In this document: in pieces, positions 1 through 9,906 of the stretch | Numbering within the stretch: the first letter of the stretch is position 1 | Layout of the letters: the number at the start of each line of letters is the position of its first letter | Source of the DNA: an uncultured Gemmatimonadales bacterium | Lineage (GTDB): Bacteria > Gemmatimonadota > Gemmatimonadetes > Palauibacterales > Palauibacteraceae | Direction: 5' to 3' | NCBI GenBank assembly: GCA_963783385.1 | Contig: CAWANJ010000001.1 | Span: forward strand, 512,001 to 576,000 | Length of the DNA: 64,000 nt | Made by a program: the position numbers and the translations under genes | The notes under the pieces: generated by a model | Databases searched by the model: none | What the model was told of the DNA's origin: nothing | The model's input: the letters and a program-made list of their open reading frames with translations, nothing else

Positions 1-1471
1 CGCCCACGACCGCGAAGCCGAGGATGGCCACGCCCGCCACCGTCAGCGCGTAGGGGAGCTGCGTGCGCACGTGCTCGATGTGATCGCAGGCGGAGGCCAA
101 CGAGGCGATGATCGTCGTGTCACTGATGGGGCTGCAGTGGTCGCCGAAGATCCCGCCGGACAACACGGCGGCCAGGAACGGGGCCACGGGGGCCGCCAGA
201 CCGGTGGCCATCGGAACGGCCACCGGCAGCATGATCGCGAACGTGCCCCAGCTGCTCCCGGTGGAGAAGGAGATCGTGCCGGAAACGGCGAACAGGAGAG
301 GAAGGAGGACGGGCGGGGGCACCCGACCCACCACCGCGCCGGCCACGTACTGGCCGGTCCCCAGCACGCGGGTCACCTGTCCCAGCGCCAGGGCCAGCAG
401 GAGGATGAAGGCCATCCCCACCAGCTTTCCCGCGCCTTCCAGGCTCGCCTCGCCCACCCTGTCGGCACTCAAGCGCCCCCGCGCCAGGCTGACGATCCAG
501 GCCGCCGCCAGGCCGGCCAGGACGGCCCACAGGACGCTGGTCGACCCGGAGCCCTGGATGAGGTCGCCGTGGCCGGTCACCAGCATCCCGATCGGCATGG
601 TCGCCACCATGATGCCGATCGGCAGGAGCATGTCGAGCGCCCGCGGCCCGGCGACGGCTCGGCCGCTCCGCTCTCCTTCGCCTCCCGCGCCGGTCCCAGA
701 TCCCACGTCGACCGTCTCTCCGAGGACCGCTCTCAGCTCTCGGTCGCCGACCCCACCCCCGGTGGCGGGCCCCGGTCCGACCGCGCCCTCCGCCGCGGCC
801 CGCTCCGCCCTGCGCATGGGGCCCCAATCGAGTCCCAGCCCGGCGCTCAGGGCCGCCAGGGTCAGGGCACCGAAGGCGTAGAAGTTGAGCGGCAACGCCT
901 CGGCGAACACGGCGATGGGGTGGTCCACCCCCAGCCCCCCGAGCAGACCCAGCACGTAGGCGCCCCACGCGTTGAACGGAACGAGGATGCACACCGGCGC
1001 GCAGGTCGAGTCCACCAGGTAGGCGAGCTTCTGTCGGGAGACGTGGAACCGGTCGAACAGCGGTCGGCAGACGGAACCGGTGACGAGGATCGAGATGTTG
1101 GACTCGATGAACAGCGACAACCCCACCGCCCACGCCAGGAGCTGAGCGCTCCTCCGTCCCCGGATCCAGCTGCGGCCCTCGGCCCAGTGCACGAAGCCCC
1201 GCACACCGCCGTTGGCCTCCACGACCGCGACCAGCGAGCCGATGAGAAGCGTGAACACCAGCACCCGCGCGTTGTCGGCCACGCCGAGGACCGCGATGGA
1301 GGCGTCGATCGCCCTGGCAAGGCCGGCGAGCGGGTTCCAGGAGGCGGCGATCGTCCAGCCGAGCCAGATGCCGGCGGCCAGCGACAGATACACGCGGCGA
1401 CTGTAGATGGCCAGGCCGATGGCCAGGAGGGGCGGGAGGAGGGACGGAAAGCCGACCGCGTGGACCGTCAC
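1..1471 (-). CDS. Na+/H+ antiporter NhaC family membrane protein (3' end runs off window)
   Basis: Manual minus-strand translation: MTVHAVGFPSLLPPLLAIGLAIYSRRVYLSL..., LAYLVDSTCAPVCILVPFNAWGAY, SFSTGSSWGTFAIM, GGIFGDHCSPISDTTIIASLASACDHIEHVRTQLPYA (NhaC motifs). The GTG start overlaps the upstream TGA (GTGA at 1468-1471). Not in the ORF track because it is truncated. Confidence 0.88.
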   Translation of the reverse strand, partial: MTVHAVGFPSLLPPLLAIGLAIYSRRVYLSLAAGIWLGWTIAASWNPLAGLARAIDASIAVLGVADNARVLVFTLLIGSLVAVVEANGGVRGFVHWAEGRSWIRGRRSAQLLAWAVGLSLFIESNISILVTGSVCRPLFDRFHVSRQKLAYLVDSTCAPVCILVPFNAWGAYVLGLLGGLGVDHPIAVFAEALPLNFYAFGALTLAALSAGLGLDWGPMRRAERAAAEGAVGPGPATGGGVGDRELRAVLGETVDVGSGTGAGGEGERSGRAVAGPRALDMLLPIGIMVATMPIGMLVTGHGDLIQGSGSTSVLWAVLAGLAAAWIVSLARGRLSADRVGEASLEGAGKLVGMAFILLLALALGQVTRVLGTGQYVAGAVVGRVPPPVLLPLLFAVSGTISFSTGSSWGTFAIMLPVAVPMATGLAAPVAPFLAAVLSGGIFGDHCSPISDTTIIASLASACDHIEHVRTQLPYALTVAGVAILGFAVVG

Positions 1472-2547
1472 GATCCGTCCAGGGCTTCGCCCAGCACGCG
1501 GCGGAGGTTCCTGCCCAGAAAGGCGCCCAGGTCATCCGCCGACCATCCGGCCCCGGCCAGCGCGGTGGTCAGCTCCGGGAGGTCGCGAACGTCCCGAAGG
1601 CCCCGGGGCAGCGCCGGCACGCCATTGAAGTCGCTCCCCAGGGCGACGCCCGCGGGACCGGCCACGCGCCTCACCCACTCCACGTGCTCGACCAGGCGCG
1701 AGAGCGGCGGCGGGTTCAGGCGCTCGCGCACGGCCCGGTCGAAGGCCCGCCGCCTGTCGCGGGTCGAGAGATCGCTGCCGAGCTCGGCCCGGAGAGCCCC
1801 GAAGGCCCGCCCGTAGGCCTCGTCCAGATAGGCCGGAAAGAAGACCACTCCGGTGACGCCTCCCGATGCCGTGAGCGCCTCGATCAGCTCGTCCGGTAGA
1901 TTCCGCGGATGGTCGGCCACGGCGCGGGCCCCGGAGTGCGAAGCCAGCATACCGCCGCCGGCCACCTCGATCGCCGCCGCGGCGGCCCGGTCGGAGGCGT
2001 GGCTGACGTCCACGGCCATCCCGAGCGTGCGGGCGCGCTCGACGACCCTCCGCCCGAACCGCGTGAGTCCGCCATGCACCGGCTCCGCTCCGGCCGCGTC
2101 GGCCCATGCCGTGGGACGCATCCAGGTGAGCGTCAGGCAGCGGGCCCCGACCTCGTGCATACGGTCGAGCGCCGAGAGATCGTCCTCGATCCCGTAGCCT
2201 CCCTCCACGCCCGGGACCACGGCGACCTCGCCCGCCTCCCGGGCGGTGTCCAGGTCGGCGGCACGCTCCACCCGGCGCACCCCCGCGCTGCGGTCGGCCC
2301 ACTCCCGCAGGGCTTCGAGACCCGCGAGGGTCCGCCTCAACGACTCGCCGAGCGCCGGGTCGATCCACACGGCGAAGATGCCGCCGTCGAAGCCGCCCTC
2401 TCGCATCCGCGGGAGATCGAGATGCCCCCCCTCGAGCCGATCGGCGGGATCCTCGCCCTCGAGCACGCGCAGGGCGAGGTCGTTGTGACCGTCCAGCACG
2501 AGGGCATCCCGGTGAAAGGCCCGCGCGTCGAACTCGGGTGCGCTCAC
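1468..2547 (-). CDS. Membrane dipeptidase (peptidase M19)
   Basis: Motifs DGHNDL, GVEGG, DVSH, ASHS, HPRN, ALGSDFNG. Confidence 0.92.
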   Translation of the reverse strand: MSAPEFDARAFHRDALVLDGHNDLALRVLEGEDPADRLEGGHLDLPRMREGGFDGGIFAVWIDPALGESLRRTLAGLEALREWADRSAGVRRVERAADLDTAREAGEVAVVPGVEGGYGIEDDLSALDRMHEVGARCLTLTWMRPTAWADAAGAEPVHGGLTRFGRRVVERARTLGMAVDVSHASDRAAAAAIEVAGGGMLASHSGARAVADHPRNLPDELIEALTASGGVTGVVFFPAYLDEAYGRAFGALRAELGSDLSTRDRRRAFDRAVRERLNPPPLSRLVEHVEWVRRVAGPAGVALGSDFNGVPALPRGLRDVRDLPELTTALAGAGWSADDLGAFLGRNLRRVLGEALDGS

Positions 2548-3170
2548 CGCCGGGAGACCCAGTCGTTGCCGTGCTCGTAGAAGCGAAGCTCGAGGTTCGC
2601 CGCCTTCGAGATCCCGACGCGCGTCGTGGTGACCACGTCGGCGTCAGCCACCGGCCGCTCCCCGGCCAGGATGCGCAGGGGTGCTCGCTGCAGTGGGTGC
2701 CGCTGGAGCTCCGGGCCGACCCCGAGGGCCTCGGTCAGCCGGGCGGGACCGTTGGTGAGCTCGGGGCGCCCGCGGCGCCGCTGCATGATCTCCAGACCCA
2801 GCGTGGGCTCCAGGGCGCGGATCAGCACACCGGCGGGACGACCCTCCGCCGTGGTGACGGCGTTGAGGCACCAGTGGATGCCATAGTTCAGGTGGATGTA
2901 GGCCGTTCCGGGGGGACCGAACAGCGGGTCGTTCCGCCGGGTGCGCCCGATCGACTCGGCTGCGTGCGACGCCGGATCCTCGGGGCCCGTGTAGGCCTCC
3001 GTCTCCACGATGCGACCGGCCGTGCACTCCCCCCCGGCGTCGGACAGGAGCACACGGCCGAGAAGGTCGCGCGCCACCTCGGCGGCGGGTCGAGCGTAGA
3101 AGTCCGGAGGCAGGACCCGGTCCGGGGGCCGCCGGACCGCTCGACCCTCCGCCGGGGCGCCGGAGCTCAC
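2544..3170 (-). CDS. DNA-3-methyladenine glycosylase (MPG/AAG family)
   Basis: GRIVETEAY, YGIHWCLN, VLIRALEP, NGPARL, RVGISKA. Confidence 0.95.
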   Translation of the reverse strand: MSSGAPAEGRAVRRPPDRVLPPDFYARPAAEVARDLLGRVLLSDAGGECTAGRIVETEAYTGPEDPASHAAESIGRTRRNDPLFGPPGTAYIHLNYGIHWCLNAVTTAEGRPAGVLIRALEPTLGLEIMQRRRGRPELTNGPARLTEALGVGPELQRHPLQRAPLRILAGERPVADADVVTTTRVGISKAANLELRFYEHGNDWVSRR

Positions 3171-5275
3171 ACCTCGTCCGGCGACCCGGCGTCGTGGCGC
3201 TCCGCTTCGCGAGCTTCGATGACCGCCTGTGCCCGATGCTCCGGGAGCACATTCGTGATCCGATCAGGCTGCTCGTCGATCACCGTGAACACCTCGGGCC
3301 CGAACGCGTCCACCAGCGCCTCGGCGGTCTTGCGGCCCACGCCAGCGTAGTTCTTCACCATGTGCTCGACGACGTCGCCGCCCTCCGACGATCCCGCGCC
3401 GGAGTCGCCCGTCGTGTCCGCGCCCGTGGAAGCGGCGTCCCGTTGCGACGCTTGCCGCTCGGGAGCCGGGGCGCCCCGACGTCCGCCTCGTCGGCCCAGG
3501 CTGATGCCGCGCCGCTCCCGACCGCTCCCCGGCTCGGAGCTCGAAGCCGTCGACGCCTCGGCGGCCGGAGCCGGCTCCGTCGCCGCGTCGGCCTCGTCCG
3601 CCCCGGACGCCCCGGAGTCCACCGGCCCCGGAAGATGCGTATCCGAGCCACCATCGGCGCTGCCACCGCGGCTTCCACGCCGGAATCGCCCGAGGCCACG
3701 CCCGCGGCGTCCGCCACGGGCCGGCTGATCCTCCCGCCTCTCCTGGCTCTCGGGGGCGGCGGAGGCTGCCTCGGTCTCCTGCTGCGCTTCCCCGGGAGCC
3801 TCGGTGCGCGACCTCGCCATCGACTCGGCCGCCGCGCTGGCCGTCGTCGGCTCGTGGCGCTCACCGACCGTCTCGGACTCCGCGGCCGGCTCGGTGGGCT
3901 CCGGTCTGGAGGGCTCCGCCTCCGCAGGCGCGTGGCGCTCCCGCTGGCCTCGTTCGCGCTGCTCCCGCTGGCCGCCCCGTCGGTCCCGCCGACGGTGCTG
4001 GCCTTCGGCGCGAGTCCGGCCCCCCCGGCTGTCCCCGGCGGAGGGCCCGCCGGAGTCCGTTTCGCCCGTGCCGTCGGTGCTCACGTGGTAGTTGCCGTCT
4101 TCATCCGTCTCAAGGTCCACGACGCCTTCGTCGCTGGCCTGGCGCAGGAAGCGGCTGAACTTGCTGAAGCCGAGGGACGCCTCGTCGAAGCGCTCGTTCT
4201 CTTCGAGGAGGGCGCGCTTGACCTCGGAGTCGCGAACCGAGCCTCCATCCTCGGACAGACGGGAGACCACGTCGCGCAGGAGGTCGTACGCCCGCTTGAG
4301 GGCGGAGGCGTCCACGACGTCGTCGCGGGTCTCGGAAGCCGACGGCGCCGCGGCACGCTCGGATGGTTGCGAGGACCGGGACTCCCCTCGACCGCCGCCC
4401 GAGGTGCGCTCGCGCCCCCCGCGGCGACCCCGACGGCCCCTCTCACCACTCCGGCCGGAGCTCCCGCCGCTGGCGGAGCCGCTCGACCGTCCCGAGCCGC
4501 CCCGCCCGTCGGCCGGGCCGACTTCGTACTGTCCGTTCTCGATCCTCTGCAGACGAAGGAGCCCCTTCGAGCTGGCTTCGGCCAGGAACCGGTTGAACTT
4601 GCTGTAGCCGTATTCCTTCTCATCGAAGCCGGAGTCGATCTCGAGCATCACCTGCTTGAGCCGGTCGGAGCGCATGACGTCGTCCCGCTCCACCATCTTC
4701 TTCACGGCCATCGCGACCAGCTCCCATGGGTCGTGGCTGATCGTCTCGAGCTGGGAGGCCTCGGTCAGGCCCGAGAGGCTGTTGTAGCTGTAGTACTCGT
4801 CGCAGTTCTGCACGAGCAGGTCGGAGGTGGACTCCTGCAGCCCCACCCCGATCACGTACTTGCCGTACTCCTTGAGCTTGAGCACCAGGCTCGAGAAGTC
4901 GGAGTCGCCCGACAGGAGGATGAAGGTCCCGATCTCGGGCCGCGTGAACACGAGCTCCGTCGCGTCGATCGCCAGCCGGATGTCGGTGGCGTTCTTCTTG
5001 GACGAGCCGTAGGCCGGAGCGAAGATCAGGTCGATCGACGCCTCGGAGAGCGGCACGATGTACTGCGGGTACCGGCGCCAGTCGGCGTAGGCCCTCTGGA
5101 CCGACACCTTGCCGCGGATGATGTCGGAGTTGAGGAAGTTGCGGAGCTCCTGGCCCAGATTGGACCGGATCGCCATGGTGACGTTGTCGAAATCGATCAT
5201 GAGGGCCGCGTTGGGGGATGACCCGACGGGCCCGGTCGAGCGCCGGTGAGGCGCCCGGGTGTACTGCTCGTTCAT
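3167..5275 (-). CDS. NYN (PIN-like) domain protein with two LOTUS/OST-HTH domains, long RG-rich low-complexity regions and C-terminal HhH-like motif
   Basis: NYN motifs IDFDNV, KNATDIRLAID, LSGDSDF, CDEY. LOTUS motifs FDEKEYGYSKFNRFL and FDEASLGFSKFSRFL. C-terminal YAGVGRKTAEALVDAFG. Confidence 0.88.
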   Translation of the reverse strand: MNEQYTRAPHRRSTGPVGSSPNAALMIDFDNVTMAIRSNLGQELRNFLNSDIIRGKVSVQRAYADWRRYPQYIVPLSEASIDLIFAPAYGSSKKNATDIRLAIDATELVFTRPEIGTFILLSGDSDFSSLVLKLKEYGKYVIGVGLQESTSDLLVQNCDEYYSYNSLSGLTEASQLETISHDPWELVAMAVKKMVERDDVMRSDRLKQVMLEIDSGFDEKEYGYSKFNRFLAEASSKGLLRLQRIENGQYEVGPADGRGGSGRSSGSASGGSSGRSGERGRRGRRGGRERTSGGGRGESRSSQPSERAAAPSASETRDDVVDASALKRAYDLLRDVVSRLSEDGGSVRDSEVKRALLEENERFDEASLGFSKFSRFLRQASDEGVVDLETDEDGNYHVSTDGTGETDSGGPSAGDSRGGRTRAEGQHRRRDRRGGQREQRERGQRERHAPAEAEPSRPEPTEPAAESETVGERHEPTTASAAAESMARSRTEAPGEAQQETEAASAAPESQERREDQPARGGRRGRGLGRFRRGSRGGSADGGSDTHLPGPVDSGASGADEADAATEPAPAAEASTASSSEPGSGRERRGISLGRRGGRRGAPAPERQASQRDAASTGADTTGDSGAGSSEGGDVVEHMVKNYAGVGRKTAEALVDAFGPEVFTVIDEQPDRITNVLPEHRAQAVIEAREAERHDAGSPDEV

Positions 5276-5549
5276 GGTACCTCTCGCATGATGACGTGCT
5301 TGTCAGTGCGTGCCCCCGGGGCGGACACTCCGCCCGGGAGGGCGAGAGGCTTCCCGACCTCGCCTCCGAACTCCGGTCCGTCCGAGGACGGTCCGGCGGA
5401 GGGGACGGTACGGGAAGACCCCCGCTGCATCGAACTCCGGCGCTCCACGGTCTTCGGACCGTGAGCGCTCCGTCGCGCCGCCGCCCCGAACGGGCGATGG
5501 CGGGCGACCGCCGCGACTGCCCGGAGCTTCCGACCCGGAGGTCGAACGC

Positions 5550-7154
5550 TCAGGACCGCCCCTGGGCCTCGGCCCGAACCATCCGGGCGATCTCCACCCT
5601 GCGGGGCTTCCCTGCCGCGGTCATAGGGAATACATCCATGAAGCGTACGAGGTCCGGGACCTTGTAACTGGCCAGGGCCGAACGGCAGTAGCCGCGCAGC
5701 TCCTCCCCGGTGATGATCGCGCCCTCCACGGGCCGAACGCACGCACACACGAGCTCGCCGAGCACTTCGTTCGGCACGCCCACGACGACGGCGTCCAGCA
5801 CGGCCGGATGCGAACGCAGGTGGTTCTCCACCTCCCGGGGATGGACGTTGTAGCCCCCCCGGATGATCACGTCGCTCTTCCGGCCGACGATCTGCAGGTA
5901 ACCCTTCGTGTCCCTTCGCGCCAGATCGCCGGTTCTGAAGAACCCGTCCCGCGTGAAGGAGGAAGCCGTCTCGGCGGGCTGGCGGAAGTAGCCCCGCATC
6001 ACGTTGAAGCCGCGGATGGCGATCTCCCCGACGGCGTCTCCGGACATCGGCTGACCCTCCCCGTCCAGGAGCCGGACCTCGACCCCCTCCAGCGGCCGGC
6101 CCACGCTCCCGCTCCGGCGCTCCTCGTCGTCGCCGGGCCTCGTGATCGACACGGTGGGTGACGTCTCCGTGAGCCCGTAGGCGATCTCGAGCTGGGGGAC
6201 GAGCTCCCGCCGGACCCTCCGGACCAGCGCCTGACCGACCGGAGCGCCCGCGATGATCCCGGTGCGCAGGCTGGAGAGGTCGTGGTCGGCCAGTCCCTCC
6301 TCCCTGAGGAGCATGACGAACATGGTGGGCACGCCGTGGAGCACCGAGATGCCGTGCTCGTCAATGAGGTCCAGCGTCGCCTCGGGCTCGAACCGTTCCT
6401 GGAGGACGAGCCGCGCGCCCGCCACCAGCGAGGTGAGCAGGGCGGTGCCGAGCCCGAAGATGTGGAACAGCGGAACCGTGCACAGGGTCGCGTCGCCGGG
6501 CTCGAGGCCCAGGGCGCGCGCGGTCGCGACGGCCGTCCTCACCAGGTTCGCCTGCGAGAGCACGACGCCCTTGGACTTCCCGGTGGTTCCCGGCGTGTAG
6601 AAAATGGCGAACGGGTCCTCGTCGGGATCCACCTCGAACGCCGGCAGGTCCCGGCCCTGGCCACTCGACACCAGGTCCTCGAACTGGAAGATGCGGTCGT
6701 CGTACCAGAGGTCCTCTTCGCCGACCGTGACCAGGTACTGGAGGTCCGGCAACTCGAACAGCATGCTCTCGAACAGCTCCAGGTAGTCGATCCCCTCGAA
6801 GCGCTCGGCCGCGACCACGACCGTGGCTTCCGAGTTCCGGAGCATGAACTGGAGCTCGCGGGACGTATAGCCCGGGTTGAGCGGGACGATGATCGCGCCC
6901 AGACGCGCCGCCGCGAACACCGAGATGACGAACTCCGGCCAGTTGGGCAGGTCGATGGCCATCCGGTCGCCGGGCTCGACCCCCAGCTGGTGGAGCCCGG
7001 CGGCCATCGCATCGGCGGCGGAGGCGACCTCCTCGAAGGTCCACGCGCGGTCGCCCGCCACCAGGAAGGGCTCCTCGCCCCGGTGAGCCACCTGCTCACC
7101 GAGGGCGCGGCCGACCGAGCGGATGTCCTCGAAGGTGTCCGTTTGAGCTGACAT
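5550..7154 (-). CDS. AMP-dependent (long-chain) acyl-CoA ligase
   Basis: YTPGTTGKSKG, AYGLTET, FRTGDL, GRKSDVIIRGGYNVHPREVE, C-terminal GK lysine. Start may be 7178. Confidence 0.9.
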   Translation of the reverse strand: MSAQTDTFEDIRSVGRALGEQVAHRGEEPFLVAGDRAWTFEEVASAADAMAAGLHQLGVEPGDRMAIDLPNWPEFVISVFAAARLGAIIVPLNPGYTSRELQFMLRNSEATVVVAAERFEGIDYLELFESMLFELPDLQYLVTVGEEDLWYDDRIFQFEDLVSSGQGRDLPAFEVDPDEDPFAIFYTPGTTGKSKGVVLSQANLVRTAVATARALGLEPGDATLCTVPLFHIFGLGTALLTSLVAGARLVLQERFEPEATLDLIDEHGISVLHGVPTMFVMLLREEGLADHDLSSLRTGIIAGAPVGQALVRRVRRELVPQLEIAYGLTETSPTVSITRPGDDEERRSGSVGRPLEGVEVRLLDGEGQPMSGDAVGEIAIRGFNVMRGYFRQPAETASSFTRDGFFRTGDLARRDTKGYLQIVGRKSDVIIRGGYNVHPREVENHLRSHPAVLDAVVVGVPNEVLGELVCACVRPVEGAIITGEELRGYCRSALASYKVPDLVRFMDVFPMTAAGKPRRVEIARMVRAEAQGRS

Positions 7155-7174
7155 GGAGTTCCCGGCAGCCTGCA

Positions 7175-8419
7175 TCACGCTTCCGGTACCGATTCGCGCG
7201 TCGGCGACGTGCGCCGATCCCGGAGGGTCTCGAAACCGGAATCTGCACCCTCGCTCGCGCCCCGTAAAGCGTCGGCCAGCGCCCCGGTCGACCGGGGACC
7301 GACGAGGGGGTGCGTACAGGCGCCGTCGGAGGCGAGAGCCACGCGGCCGGGCTCGGCCAGGAGCACGGTGCGAACGGCCCCGGCGCGCCCCTTCTTGTCC
7401 GCCGTCGCGGCGACCAGCACCTCCCCGGCGCGGTGCGCCCGCTCCGGGCGTGAACGATGCCCGCAGGCGTCCAGGAGCCCGGCGAGCCGATCGGTCGTCC
7501 CGGGCCGAGTGACACCGAGGAGCTCGCCCAGGCGCGCCTCGACCCGCATGCCGGCCGCGACGGCTTCGCCGTGCAGGAGATCGTAGCCGGAGAGGTGCTC
7601 GAGGGCGTGCCCGACCGTGTGCCCGAAGTTCAACACCGCGCGCCGACCCGACTCCTCGGGATCTCTGCCGACGACCTCCCCCTTGAGCGCCACGCAGCGC
7701 TGCACCAGCGTGCCGATCGACGTCGGTTGGGCCCGCAGGAGGTCCGCGGAGCGCTCATCGATCCACGCGAGCAGATCGGCGTCGGCCACGGCGGCCGTCT
7801 TCACGGCTTCGGCCAGGCCCGCGGTCACGTGCCGCGTCGGCAGGGTGGCGAGGACGCTCGGATCGGCGACCACCACGGCCGGATGATGGAAGGCTCCTAT
7901 CAGGTTCTTGCCGGCGGACGCGTCGAGCCCCGTCTTGCCTCCCACGGAGCTGTCGACCATGGCCAGCAGCGACGTGGGCACCTGGACGATCGGCACTCCC
8001 CTCAGGTAGGTGGCCGCCACGAAGCCCGCCAGGTCGCCGGTGACCCCGCCCCCCAGCGCGACCACCACGCTGTCACGACCATGTCCCGCCTCGAGGAGTG
8101 CGTCTGTCAGGGAGGCCCACGTGGCGCGGGTCTTGGACGACTCTCCCTCGGGGAAGACGTGCAGGTCGGCATCCAGGCCCTCGCGGACGAACGCGGCCAG
8201 GACCCGCTCTCCGTAGAGCTCCGCCACCCTGGCATCCGACAGGACGGCATACCGGTGCGCCGGCGCGGCCACGCGGCACTTCTCCCCCAGACGGTCCAGC
8301 AGCCCCTCGCCGACGAGGACCTCGTAGAAGGCTCCGGCACGAGCGGGAACCCTCACGGCGAGCCGCTCTTCGTCGTCCCCCGGGCGTTCGCCCCGGAAGC
8401 GGCTCGACGTGTTCGTCAC
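7175..8419 (-). CDS. aroB: 3-dehydroquinate synthase
   Basis: GGGVTGDLAGF, PTSLLAMVDSSVGGKT, KNLIGAF, LNFGHTVGHALE, HGEAV. GTG start overlaps the upstream stop at 8416-8419. Confidence 0.95.
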   Translation of the reverse strand: MTNTSSRFRGERPGDDEERLAVRVPARAGAFYEVLVGEGLLDRLGEKCRVAAPAHRYAVLSDARVAELYGERVLAAFVREGLDADLHVFPEGESSKTRATWASLTDALLEAGHGRDSVVVALGGGVTGDLAGFVAATYLRGVPIVQVPTSLLAMVDSSVGGKTGLDASAGKNLIGAFHHPAVVVADPSVLATLPTRHVTAGLAEAVKTAAVADADLLAWIDERSADLLRAQPTSIGTLVQRCVALKGEVVGRDPEESGRRAVLNFGHTVGHALEHLSGYDLLHGEAVAAGMRVEARLGELLGVTRPGTTDRLAGLLDACGHRSRPERAHRAGEVLVAATADKKGRAGAVRTVLLAEPGRVALASDGACTHPLVGPRSTGALADALRGASEGADSGFETLRDRRTSPTRESVPEA

Positions 8420-9906
8420 GAGCCGCCCGCCAGCCGGAAGCGGGCAGCCGCCCGGATCGGCGCCGCGTCGACGCCCAGCGGACGATCGATGACGAGCACG
8501 GTGGGCCGGCCTTCCGTGGTCTCCCGGGAGACGGTGATCACACGCCCCACACCGGGAATCGTGTCCGCCGCGGAAAGGCCGCCCGGACCGGAGTGCGACC
8601 TCGCTCCACGGCTCCCGTACCGGGCCGCGAACGCCTCGCCCACGGCGGCGGAGAACGCGGCCGCGGCTTCGGGCCCGTCCCACACGCTGGCCCACACGAA
8701 CGCCTCGGCACAGGGGGGAGCGGCCGAACCGGCTCCGCCCGTGCGGCTGCGGGCCGCGCATCGGCGCAGCAGGCGATAGCGGTCGCCGTCCCAGCCCCTC
8801 GCCGCGGAGCGCGTCCGGGCCGTGTCCCCCAGAAAGGTCGACAGGAAGAAGCGCGTCTCGAACTCGCCCAGGTCATCGGTGTGTGCGTCCCGCCAGCCGC
8901 CTTCCAGGGCCGCCGAATCGGCCGTGAATCGGATCTCGGTCGGCACGTCCCGGGCATCCGAGAGAAAGTGGGCCGGATGGAGGACCTGCTCGGTGGAGGT
9001 CGGCATGTCCACGCCCAGCGGCGCGGGACGGCCCGGGTGGCCCTCCCACAGCGCCTGGATGAAGGACAGCCCCGCCTGGTACGGAAACACCAGCGACGCC
9101 CGAATGAAGGGCGGGGCGGCAGCCAGCTCGGGCATGCTGGACGCGCCCGCCGACAGGAGGTCGGTTCCCGAAACCATGTCCACCAGCGAGCGCATGGTCG
9201 TGAGGTCGACGTCCGCGCCGGTACGCTGGCGAAGGAGCCACTCGAGCATCACGTAGGTGGCCTGTCCCTCCAGGGCCGCGTGCGCCGCGGTCGAGGCGTC
9301 GTTGTCCTCCTGGCGCGCCCGCATCAGGGAGTCGAGGTCCATGTGCTCGTCCTGGAGGGCGTGGGTCATCTCGTGCACGAGGACAGGCCGGAACTCGGCG
9401 TCGGCCACGCCCTCCCGGACGTACAGCGTGTCCCGTCCGGGATCGTAGTAGCCGACGACCTGCTCCAGATAGAGCTTCCGGAGGAAGGTCGGGAGGTCCA
9501 GGCTGTCGGGGAGCAGGCCGAGGCGCGCGTAGGTCTCCTCGACGGCCCGGGCGCGGGCCGGGGGAAGGGCTTCCTCGAACTCTCCCAGCATGTAGGTCTC
9601 GAGCCGCTTCCTGGTGGTGCGCGCCACCGCCAGCGGTCGCGTGGCGGCCAGGCCGCTCTCGCGCTCCACGGCGGGAAGCACCTCACGGGCCACCCGAACG
9701 AGGGCCGTGTCCCCGCCTCCGACCAGGCCGGCGGTCGCGGAGTCCGATCGCGCGGCGGCCATCGTGTCGGTGGCCGCGGGGGCGGCCCGGACGCCGGTCT
9801 CGCCGCCGCACGCCGCGAGCAGCGTCGCCAGGACCAATCCGAGGACGCTCACGGGTCGACCCGCCGGACGGGCGCGCCCGTCCGGGTGTCGCTCAGGGCG
9901 ACGCAT
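8416..9906 (-). CDS. Lipoprotein with HEXXH zinc-metallopeptidase-like motif
   Basis: Lipobox LLAAC; VVGYYDP; LVHEMTHALQD; ALEGQA; PTSTEQVLHP; GWDGD. Confidence 0.7.
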   Translation of the reverse strand: MRRPERHPDGRARPAGRPVSVLGLVLATLLAACGGETGVRAAPAATDTMAAARSDSATAGLVGGGDTALVRVAREVLPAVERESGLAATRPLAVARTTRKRLETYMLGEFEEALPPARARAVEETYARLGLLPDSLDLPTFLRKLYLEQVVGYYDPGRDTLYVREGVADAEFRPVLVHEMTHALQDEHMDLDSLMRARQEDNDASTAAHAALEGQATYVMLEWLLRQRTGADVDLTTMRSLVDMVSGTDLLSAGASSMPELAAAPPFIRASLVFPYQAGLSFIQALWEGHPGRPAPLGVDMPTSTEQVLHPAHFLSDARDVPTEIRFTADSAALEGGWRDAHTDDLGEFETRFFLSTFLGDTARTRSAARGWDGDRYRLLRRCAARSRTGGAGSAAPPCAEAFVWASVWDGPEAAAAFSAAVGEAFAARYGSRGARSHSGPGGLSAADTIPGVGRVITVSRETTEGRPTVLVIDRPLGVDAAPIRAAARFRLAGGS

